Source of the DNA: Orbicella franksi
Taxonomy: Eukaryota
Assembly: GCA_964199315.1 (NCBI GenBank)
Contig: OZ116704.1
Span: 15,252,001 to 15,316,000, forward strand
Direction: 5' to 3'
Length of the DNA stretch: 64,000 nt
Under the pieces are notes generated by a model. That model ran no database searches. It worked only from the letters and a program-made list of their open reading frames with translations, and was not told the origin of the DNA. Every line of letters starts with the position of its first letter. Positions within the stretch are counted from its first letter, which is position 1. Below, one piece after another: positions 48,901 through 60,900 of this stretch. The translations under genes were made by a program, and so were the position numbers.

Positions 48901-51900
48901 AGGCAGGTAGGTACTAGGAAATAAATGCAAATGACAATTAACATTTTGCCTTCATGAATAAACTGGTTAGTTATTTGAAACTGCAGTGATAAATTGCTAA
49001 ATGGTTATTATTATCAAGCCTAAATAGGTCATTTTGGGAAGCAGGGCAGGAAAAACCCCAGGTTCAGTTGCCTGGGGCAAGTAAAGTGCCAGGATTGCCC
49101 AAGAGGTTTATATTGCAGTGGTAATAAAAATAAATTATTGCAGTGGTAATGAAAATAAAAGTTCAGTGGCCCGGTGGGCAAGTGAATTTAGTCTCCGTAG
49201 TCTTGCAAGTCTATATAAAAATGTCAGCTTGATAAATGATAATTTCCACTCAGAAACTATTTCAAAACTCAAGATTGCAAGATTAGATAACCATGAGGTT
49301 GAAAGCTTGGATTAGTTAGGAATCCAAACATACTTTGTTCGCATTTGTCTTCTGATTTCCATACTGGCTGCCACATCGGCGAGTAAATATTTAGGTGAGG
49401 GCAACTGAAAACTGAAATTTACTGGCCCACTGGGCAAGTAGATTTTGAAACCTTTTTTTCCTGCCCTGGAAAGGTAGATGGGAAGACTTGAGCAAGGTTC
49501 AAGCTCTGGTCATTGACCTTGTCTTTGTGTACTTGGATATGGAAGTTTACCCTACTGATGTCCTCCTCAGAATTTCAGGAATTCCAGTAGTTATTTTAGT
49601 TAACATAGGAAAAAACTAAGATCCACTGGAATATTTTATTTAACATTTTGGAGTGCTCACATTGTTGTGCCTGCAAACAACTTTTGTCTTATGCTGGACC
49701 ATGACTTTTATTCAATTCAAGAGAAAATAACTATATCAAACATGACGATACTAGTAATGAGCACTAATAGGCTAAATAACCAACAATGGACTAAAATCTT
49801 GCCCTGGTATTGAGTACCTCATATGTCTTGATTTAAGGACTTTCAAATGTGACTGGACCCTGTGATCCCGGATACTTTTGTAGTGGAGGTACAACTGCAG
49901 CAAGACCTGTCACCAAGGGTGGAAAGTGTCTCAATGGAACCTACTGTCCAGAGGGAAGCTCACAACCACTTCTGTGCCCAGCTAGAAAGTATTGTGGAAG
50001 TGAAGCTCTATCAGCACCATCTGATGATTGTGCTGCTGGTTATTACTGTATTGAAGGCTCAAGTACACCCAGACCCAAAGACAACATCACTGGAAGTGAG
50101 TGTCCAGCAGGCGCTTACTGCATAGCTGGAAGCTCCACATTTGTACGCTGTCCAGAGGGTACCTATTCAAATGCCACCCGAAATGAGAGGGTAGAAGACT
50201 GTGCTAACTGCACAAGTGGTTATTATTGTGAAGGTGTGGGAAATACAGAGCCGACAGACAAGTGCGATGCTGGGTATTACTGTCCTCCTGGACAGAAAGT
50301 TAAAGATCCAAATGGACTGGAGTGTACTCAAGGTCACTTCTGTCCAAGAGGTTCAAAAGTTCCTCAGCGATGTGAGTCAGGATTTTACCAGGAAGATATA
50401 AATCAGGCAACCTGTAAGGTAAGTCTTCCCAGAGAGGGGAGTGTTCATGATGTCATTATGATTTGCATGTAACAGACAAAGAAGATATAAACTGCTACCA
50501 ACCTACATTTAAATGTAGTTTGGGAATTAGAAATTACTACTGCTCTTAAGGAGCAGTACTACAGTTATTACTACAATAGAAGAAATAAAATGTGGCACAA
50601 ATAGTGATCTCGATGTACAACGAATTGTATGTTTTCTTATTTGACAATAACTTTTACGTTCTTTTTGGTTAACCTTTTCCCTTTAGGTGTGCCCAGAGGG
50701 ATTTTACTGTGACAACCGCTATGCCCCGGTTGTTTTCTACCAAAACAGTACTTGTCCTCCAGGGCATTATTGTCCTAATAAAACAACTTTTGCATATGAA
50801 TTCCCCTGTCCACTGGGGACGTTCAGCAATGCATCTGGTCTCTCTCACATCACCGAATGCAGTCCCTGTCCTGGCGGTTACTACTGCGATGAACTTGGGC
50901 AGACCACATTCACCAAGCAATGTGATGGAGGTCAGTTAATTCTTAGCAGGCACAAAAGGGAGGAGTTATTTGAGGGGAAGTGGTGATTCTAATTAAGTTT
51001 GGCCAGGAGCACGTAGAGTGAGGTTGTTTTGGAATCATGAAAAGGTCTTTACTACAGCTTTATTGTCACATTTACAATTATGTGTGAAGCACTGAAATTT
51101 TTAAACAGAGTAATGTGTTTTTAATTACCATAGTCGTAGAAAAAAATCCTTCCAGTTCACTATTCACTATTCAAACTTCCAAGAACATTCCTTCTCCACA
51201 GCAACCGGGTTTTATACCCAAGGTGTTAATTCACCTGTAATGGACTTGTGTCCTTTCCAGAAGCTGTAGAAATGCTCATAGAATTAGGTTTCAGGTGTGA
51301 AGGTCACAGGCCTTTACAGCATTGCAACTGATGTTACAAACATTGCTACATAGTCATCATTCATATTTTTAAAACCATTGATCAGAAGCATTGTTTTATC
51401 ACAGGGTATTTCTGCCGAAGTGGTGCATCTGTGTCTACTCCAGAAGGTTTCTCGGAAAATGCAACATTATGTCCCCCAGGCACATTCAACTACTCAGATG
51501 CAGGTCCTTGTCCTGCTGGGTTCTACTGCCCTGTTGGTACAGCAGAACCTGAGAAGTGCCCTCCAGGCACCTTTAGTAATGAGACCAAACTGTCGTCAGT
51601 TGAACAGTGCCAAAACTGCACAGCTGGAAAGTATTGTGGAGAGTTCAACTTGGTGAAGCCTTCAGGACTCTGTAGAGAGGGATATTACTGTTCTTCAGGG
51701 GCGTCAAGGGCTGACTGGATTGAATGCCCTGCCGGTGCCTATTGCATTAATGGGACTTTTGAACCTGAACTGTGTCCCAATGGGACTTTTAGAAACATCA
51801 CTAAAGGGATGTCCATTGATGATTGCTTTAACTGCACTCCTGGGTATTACTGCCAAGGCGTTGGATTGACAAAAGTAACTGGTCCCTGTGCAGAAAGGTA

Positions 51901-54900
51901 TTCTTTAGTTCCTTGTTTGTCTCAGTTTTGTTATAATCCTTTTTACGGTTTTCCTAAGTGATTGATGATGTCTCAGTTGAATTTAGAGTATGTGTAGCTC
52001 TTTGACTCTTTTGTAGCATTAACGTGATAATGTCATGTTTCTGTCAGTAATACAAATAAGGCACATTTGCTAATGATGTAACTTTGTAAAAGCTGAGGTA
52101 GTAATTTTCATACTGAATCTACTAATATTTCTTTTAATGTTCTGAAAATGTTTTGGTGAGTGAAATTGATACATTGTATAACCCTTGTGAATGATTTCCT
52201 GTATTGTTAATTATTTGCTTGATGTTGTGTTATAACGAAAAATCTAAATTGATAATGGCAATTTTTTCATAGGTACTACTGTCCAGGTGGCAACCGTGTG
52301 AAAGATCCACATCAATATTTCTGCACAGTGGGACATTTTTGTCCAGGAGGGACATCTGAACCCATCCCATGTCAAAATAACAGCTTTGCCAAAACCACGC
52401 ATGCTAAGGAATGTTCTTTGTGTCCAGCTGGATTTTTCTGCAAAATAGCTGGTGTTCCACAGAACTGTACAAAAGGCTACTATTGTCCTTATGGCACTGG
52501 CATTGACTTGAAAGCATGCCCCAGGGGGACATATGGTGATCAGGAGGGATTAGAAAAAGTCTCGCAGTGTAAGGCATGTGATCCAGGAAAGTACTGTGCG
52601 TATGAACATGCAACTAACTACACAGGTGACTGTGCACCAGGCCATTGGTGCGCTTATGGTCTTGATAGGGCGGATCCAATTGGAGATAACATAACAGCAT
52701 ACAATGCAAGTAGCAATGATTCGTGTCCACACTATGATGGCAGGGAAACAGGTTATGGAGGCATATGTCCAATTGCACACCATTGTCCTGAAGGATCAAA
52801 AGCACCACTACCCTGTCCTCCAGGGACCTACGGCCCCCTCCCAAAGCTTGAAGAGTGTCCACCCTGTGTAGAAGGTTATTACTGCCCAGGAAATAACTCA
52901 GAATATGAATCACGTCCATGTCCACAAGGTTATGTCTGTCCTAATGGAACATCAGAGCCTAACCAATTCCCATGTCCACCTGGAACATATAATAACAGGA
53001 CGAGACGCACAAGAATTGAGGACTGTGTCAGTTGCAGGCCTGGCATGTATTGCCCAGTTGAAGGTAAGTTGGTCAACACAATGGGCTAAGTTAGGGTGAC
53101 TATCATGAAAAACAAGGTGAAGTTATTGCTTGGTCTGTTTCCTCCCACTGTCAGAAGCAAACATTAACTTTATGCAAGAATGGTCCTCTTTTGTAATAAA
53201 GTTGCAGAGGAATTGTAATTATAAAAATTCTTAGAATTAATTACTACATTTTATTTGTCTCTTGGAACAATTTTTCTTCAGGAATGCCACAACCTAATCT
53301 TTATTGTGCTGCTGGCTACTTCTGTCGACGTAATGCAACCAGTGCTACCCCTGATCAAGGTGACGATGCCAATATCTGTCCTGTTGGTCATTATTGTCCT
53401 GAAGGAACTGGTGAACCAGTGAACTGCCCTCTTGGAACATTTGGAAATGACACAGGTCTGTTTTGGCTAGAGTTATCTACATGTAACGTCTTCTTAGATT
53501 ATTTAAACATTACTAAGCAGGCTGGGTGTGTCTGTGGCTTTTAATAGTTTGATCACTACAGCAATGAACAAGATAAAGCGTCAAATGTTAATCAGTTTTA
53601 GGCTTGTTGATTGATGCATTTGTGTCAATATACCTGGCTGGCTCTTTGCATTGACTTATGTGTCATTTGCTCATCTTCAGCATACAAGGATGTCAGTGAA
53701 TGTTGGAACTGTACAGCTGGTTTCCATTGCTCTCAGCCTGGACGAGATTCCCCAGTTGGACCATGTGACCCAGGCTATTACTGTCCATCTGGGGCATCTA
53801 GCTCACAAGAAGTCCCATGTGACCCAGGGACATACTGTGTGGGACAGAATGAAGAACCAGAATTGTGTCCCATTGGGACATTCCAGCCTAACTACACTAG
53901 AACGCATATCAGTGACTGTATTAATTGTACTGCTGGTAGGTTTTTTTTTTTATCAAATTATGGTGTTTCTCCTGACGAAAGAACTTGGCATGAATAACTT
54001 CATAAAGGAGGCTGCTGGTTCCAAAAGAATTAACCTCTCTCTATACTTTGTACTGGAGGCGCAGTGGCCTCATGGTTGGTGTGTTTGCCTTTGGATCAAG
54101 AAGTCCGGGTTCAAGCCCTGGCTGGGGATATTGTGTTGTGTTCTGAAAAGGGGAAAATCAGTGGCTTGATGGGCCACTTGGCTTGTATACATACCTCACC
54201 ATACTACATACTGGAAAGAACTGGAGGTTGCAGGATTGAATAACAACGTATCATTCATTTTCTTGTTTCAGGTTTTTACTGCTCCACACCTGGTCAAGCT
54301 GATTACACTAATCCTTGTAAAAATGGTTCATATTGCCCAAGTGGCTCATCCATACCAGACCCAGTTGAATGTCCCATTGGGTTTCAGTGCCCCAGTGGTA
54401 GTGCTATACCCAAACCATGTCCTGCAGGAACATTCACCAACTCTTCAGGGAGGGACAGCTGTGACCCTTGTCCTGATGGCTTCTATTGCTTCCCTCTGGA
54501 GCTCGCAAGAAATGAATCCATTGGATACCGTATCTGTCCAAGAGGGTACTACTGTCCTGAGGGGACTGGTCTTGATTGGCGTTCATGCCCAGCAGGTACC
54601 TACAGTGATCGTCTTGGCTTGTACAGTGAGAAGCAATGCAAGGACTGTGATGCTGGAAAGTTCTGTGATGGAAGAAACCTGACATCTCCAACAGATTTTT
54701 GTGCAGCTGGCTATTTCTGCACAATAGGTAATTAAGTACTTTTGGTTGCTAATGGTGACAATAAGATTGCACATCACTAATGTATAAGAGCAACAAAGAT
54801 TGCTTGCAATATTTATTTACTTTCGTGATGAATTGTCAGAGTATGATCGATATGGTGTATGTATTATTGGGAAAATGATTGGAAGTCTAATGTTAGCTTA

Positions 54901-57900
54901 TAGCATAACAGAAACTTTGATAAGGTCCCTAAAAACGTGGCTATTTATGCACGTAAAGTTGATAAAGGTAAATTAACCACTGTATGAAGTATTTTTTCAA
55001 GTAGTGTGTTGAAAAGTATGCTTGTTAGGTATAAATGATATTGATTATTTTGTATTTCCTAGATTGGCCTAGACTACCTGTTGTGGGTTCAAACTACCAT
55101 TGTAATAAGTTTTTTTTCAACATTATTGTTCAGATAAAGTGGGTAGTATGTAAAGACAGGCTAACAAAGGGTCAAGGCTCATAATGTTAACATCAAAAGT
55201 TCACCATGGTGATTGTTCTGCCATTGTCAAATGTAGCTGCCTGCCTATTCGACATAACATAGTACCTTTTCCCCCCAAAAATACTGCTTATAAGAATTGT
55301 AAATATTGTTGTTGCATTTTAGGTGTTTCTGTTGACAAGCCTTACATTGATGGCTACAATGTTACCAATAGTTCATGCCCCAACCCTACGTTCCTCGGCC
55401 AGTACACTGGCATCGGTGACATCTGTCCCCCAGGAACATTCTGTATTGAAGGATCCAATGTGCCTGAGGACTGTGCAGCAGGAACATACAATGATGAGTA
55501 TGGTCAGGAAGAATGCAAGGCTTGCCCAGCTGGTTACTACTGTCTGCAAAAGACAGTCACATTTATCAATAACACGTGTCCAAGTGGTCATTACTGTCCA
55601 GTCAATACCACTCAGCCTTATCAGTACCAATGCCCACCAGGCAGCTTTAACAACTTGACTGGGCAGAAGACAGAGGCATCCTGCCTTCCATGTCCAAAAG
55701 GTAGCTACTGTGAAGGTTCTGGGAATTCCTGGCCAACAGGTCTGTGTAGCCCCGGTTGGTATTGCAATGGAAGTGCAACATCTAATATGACGACCACACA
55801 TGGCGGGAAATGTCAACCTGGTTACTATTGTCCTGAAGGGTCTGGATATCCAAGGGAATGTGATGGAGGGAAATTTTGCGATGTTGCAGGCCTTAGTGAA
55901 CCTAAAGGCAACTGTAGTGCAGGCTACTTCTGCAAGTTGAAGGCAAGCAGCTCAACTCCAACCGATAGCACTGGAGGTAAATGTCCTTCAGGGAATTATT
56001 GCCCAGAAGGGTCCATGGATCCCATTGCTTGTGATCCGGGGACTTACTATGGTGGTATTGAAGCAACAAACGTGAGTGCTTGTGTGCCATGTACTCTTGG
56101 AAAGTTCTGCAATACATCTGGTCTCTCTGCTCCTGATGGGGTGTGTTCAGCTGGTTATTATTGCCCGGGTGGGCAGTCGGTTGGCACGCCATCCTTGTAC
56201 GGTTGCCCACTTGGACATAAATGCACTGAAGGTGCTGACAGTCCTACAAAGTGCGAGTCTGGAAACTACCAGGATGAACCACTACAAGACACTTGCAAAG
56301 AATGCCCAGCACGTTACTACTGTAATGCTACATTTGGTGGAGTAGAGAACTATAACTTGTACTTATGTCCTGAGGGTTTTTATTGTCCTAATGGCACCCG
56401 ATTTGCAGAGGAATTCCCCTGTGGAAATGGCACTTTCAACAACTTAACAGGACGTGCAAGTCAGAGTGAATGTACACCATGTCTTCCACGTTACTATTGT
56501 GGAGAGCCAGGTTTAACTCATCCACGGACTTTATGCAGCTCTGGGTACTTTTGCAAGACAGGTAATATATGTACAGTGAGTATAAAATATGGGTTATTGA
56601 CCAAGCTTGAGGTCAAGATAGCTGAATATTGGCCATTAGTTCTTGTTTTTGTGTGTTTATGGATTGACACAGAGTGGAGGTCCATAAGTAGCAAAAAAAA
56701 AAAAGAACGAGTCCAATATCCAGTCATCTTGACTGAGCAAACTTGGTCAATAAAGGGTTTATTATATGGAAAAGGGGACACAGCAGGTAATCCCAAGTGG
56801 GTGAGATAACACCGTTTCACCCGCACAGGGAGTCAATCACAGTGCAGGATTCAGTTTATCTTGCCCACTCACGAAGCTAGCCACATAACAAAACATATTA
56901 AAATGAGTCATAATTGGAGCTCTTTCAACTAAATGTCTACAGTGTGCACATCTCGAGTAAACATTTCCATGTTTTTTATCTTTAGTTTTGACAACAACAG
57001 TTACAGTTTTGTTCAATAGACAGTTTTTTTTAATTTTCAGAAATAGCTTGGTAGCATCACGTCTGGTGTTGTAATACTGCAGTTCCAATTTGAGATGTTA
57101 TCTACACTTGTTAAGTGCCTTTTCTTTAATGACAGGAAACTCGCTTGTTTTTTTAGGGGCTAAGTCTGCCACACCTGATCAAGGAAGCGATGCAAATATT
57201 TGTCCACGAGGAAGTTATTGTTTGGAAGGAACAGATGAACCAGAACCCTGTCCAGCTGGAACGTTTAGTAATGATTTGGGTAAGCTCAATCAACTTTTTA
57301 AGCCTCCCTTATGATTTCTATTTAATATAAAATAACTGAGCTAATACACATGCTCTCATTGGTCGCTAGATGTGTTCTGATGAGAGTTTTTAAACATGGT
57401 TGTGACTATTTAGATTCATGCGTATTTTTTTAGAAATATTATATAAATGCAATAGAGGACTTTTTCTGTGTTTGCACAGGGAGGTTGGGAGAATTCTCAA
57501 AAGTTGTGCAAACCCTTGACTGCATCTTGGGTTTGCATAACTGTCTCGAATTCTCCCAGTCCCCCTCATGTGTAGATGAGGCTAAGTAAACACAGACAAA
57601 GTACTCTATTGCGTAACTATTACTTCTTTAAATAGCTCCACCTTGGAATTGAAAGTTTTTTTGTAATTAAAAGTTTGTATTTTTTATAACTCTGTCTTCT
57701 TCAAGATAGTGTCAATTTGGTTTTTCAGTATTATCTTCATTTGGGTCACTTTACCCTAAACACAAACAGAACACTTTGTTTACACTGGGTAGTAAAGATT
57801 CCTAAATTTGATTTTCAGGATTACATAATGCCAGCCAATGTACACCATGTACAGAAGGATACTATTGTGAGTTTAATGGAAGGACAAACGAAACAGGGCA

Positions 57901-60900
57901 GTGTCAAGAAGGCTATTTCTGTGTCCAAGGTTCAGTCAGCAAGCAGCAAGAAATCTGTCCTGTTGGAAACTACTGTCCAACTGGCACCCATGTTCCCAAG
58001 TCCTGCCCAGCTGGAACCTTTTCTAATACTACTGGCTTATGGAAAATAGAACAATGTACAAATTGTACTGCTGGGTCATACTGTTTCGAGCATGGAAGAA
58101 CCCACCCCACTGGACCATGCAGAGAAGGTTACTTTTGTCCTACTGGGTCCTCAGTAGATAATGCTGAGCCATGCCCTATTGGTTTACATTGCCCCACAGG
58201 TACATACATACATTTTATTTTTGTTTTCAAATTAAAATTACAATTATAACATACACGAATTATTAATATACAACTAGGTACAAACGAAGTTGTCAAAAGA
58301 TGGAATCTCTAGCTTTTCTATATTTCATAACAACGTAGTTAGCCTGAATCATAACCTGGAAAATCTTCAAACTCAACTTTTGCATGAAGTAGATTTTCAT
58401 TTTAATGTCATAGGAGTTACTGAAACAAAAGTCACCAATGCAAATTCACAATTGTGCACAGCACATATACCTGGCTACATATTTGAATATGTTCCAACAC
58501 CTCTGGCATCTGGGGGTGTGGGAATGTTCATTGATGAGTCACTTGATTATCATGTTTTAGAAAGGACCTCTAATGAAGCTTTTCAGGTATTGTGGGCTGG
58601 GTTTTCCTTTGAGAATAAGCAAAATGTTATTTGTGGAATCTTTTATAGACAGCATAACTCTCCTGAAATCTTTCAATCATATTTTGATGAGACTATTGAA
58701 AAACTTCTGTCCTCTGGGAAATATATTGTGATCATGGGTGATTTCAATATTGACCTTTTAAAATGTGTGTCATCTTCGTATAGTCACGACTTTTTGACTT
58801 CCCTTCAAAGTTGTTTTTCTCGTTCCCACAATTGACAAACCAATGCGTGTCCGCTCTACCTCCGCCACCCTAATTGACAACATCTTTATCAACAATCCTG
58901 ATCAAGTTGTGGCTAGTGGAAATATCATCTCTGATATAAGTGATCATTTTTTGCAATTTTGTATTCTGAAGTCTATGAGGGATAAAATTAAGATAAAGAA
59001 ATTTAAACTGCGAGACTTTTCTAGATTCTCTAGGGACAGTTTTAACGCCGATCTGTCTAATGTGAACTGAAATACACTCTTAGATAAAAAAAAATGTATG
59101 ACGTGGACAATTTATTTTCTTCTTTTTACAACAAGTTTAACAAATTGATAAATAAACATGCACCTATGAAAACAATTTCAAACCGCAAAGCAAAACAACT
59201 CTCCAACAGCTCTCCAGGTGAGTATGATCTATGTGTTAAATTAAAAAATAAATTCCAATATTTAGAGGGGAAGCCACATCAGCCCTAGTTGGTTTTCCTG
59301 CAGGTCCTCTATCCTGATCAAATTGGAATTTTGAAATGTTCGTTTTTCAGGGGGGTCGGGAATGGGAATACCATGAGAAAAACCCTTGGAGCAAGGCGAG
59401 AACCAACAACAAACTAAACCCACATGCGACACCGTGCTGGAATTGAACTCGGGTCACATTGGTGGGAGGTGAGCACTCTCAACACTGCGCCATCCCTACT
59501 CCCCCAACAGTGTTGTAATCAGTCCTTAGTAATATGGGTACAGGGTACTTCCAAAAGCAACTTCAATTGAAGGCTGATATTTGGTTGAATTTATTACATT
59601 ACAGTGTTGTGTACAGTAGTTAACTTCTTCTTGGCACTCGGGCTCTTTTTTTGTCATTTGCTGTCTACTTTTGATGTTAAAAGAGATTTTTAGATGCTCC
59701 TCACTCTTGGCAAGCTTAAGTTCTAACATGCAGTTAATGGCGTACCTTACAGGAAGTGCCACTCCTAAAGACTGTCCTTCAGGAACATTTACCAATGCCA
59801 CAGCCCAGCCGTCCTGCCAAGATTGTCCTCCAGGGTACTATTGCGTGCCAGAGAATGTGACTGCGGGAGATCCAAAGTCAGGCTATCGAGCCTGTCCAAG
59901 GGGTTATTATTGTCCTGCTAGAACTGGTTTGGATTGGAAGCCATGTCCCCGTGGAACCTTCAGCAACAGAACAACCTTAAGCTTGGTGACACAGTGTGAG
60001 GATTGCCCAGGAGGCAAATATTGTGGCGAGCTTCATGCTGTTAAGCCAAGTGGTGACTGCTATGGTGGCTTCTACTGCGAGTCAGGTGTTGACAAGCCAG
60101 ATCCTGTTAACTCAGTGAATGGAACATCGCTGCTTGGTAACTGCTCAATTTTAGGATTGCATACAGGTAAATATGCTGTTGTGCTCAGTGACAATGAAGT
60201 AAATTAACAATCATCACTTATATTATCATCATCATCATTGTCATCAATCCTCATCGTGCATATCTGCACATAAGTCCACAGATTAGCCACCATCGATTAA
60301 ACAGGTCAAGCATTGAAAATTACCGCTCAATCCAATGGTGTTTTAATCTTATCTTGTTGTTAGCTTATGTTACTAGCTCAATAAATACTTCACATTCTGT
60401 ACTATATATGTATGTCATACATGCATTTATACCATGCCATGGAAAATACAACCAATCAGAATACAGAAAAACCATTGTATATGTTATGATATTGCACCCA
60501 ACCTTCCCATTGTGTGCCACATGTATGTCCCTTTGATTGTGTTGACGTCTGTATTTTCTATGGCATGGTATAAAATAGTTGTACAATGCTCTCTCGTGGT
60601 ATACTGTGGAATGTCCCGCTTGTCACATTTTCTCGGTATACACAATTGTCTAAAGGTGTATACCGAGAAAATACAAAAGAATCCTGGGATATTCCATGGC
60701 ATGCTGTGAGAGAGCGTTGTATAACTAGTATGTAGGCGTAAATAGTTTCGGAAAATAAAAGGGCAAACAAGATATAAATTGCCCAGTAAATGATATGTTT
60801 TGTGAGGAATTTATCACTAATTGTAAGCCACTCAGTGGCCAACCCGTTGAAAAAGGAATCTTAGAATCTTGTGATCCATCGTGTAGGTTTTGGTGGTGTA

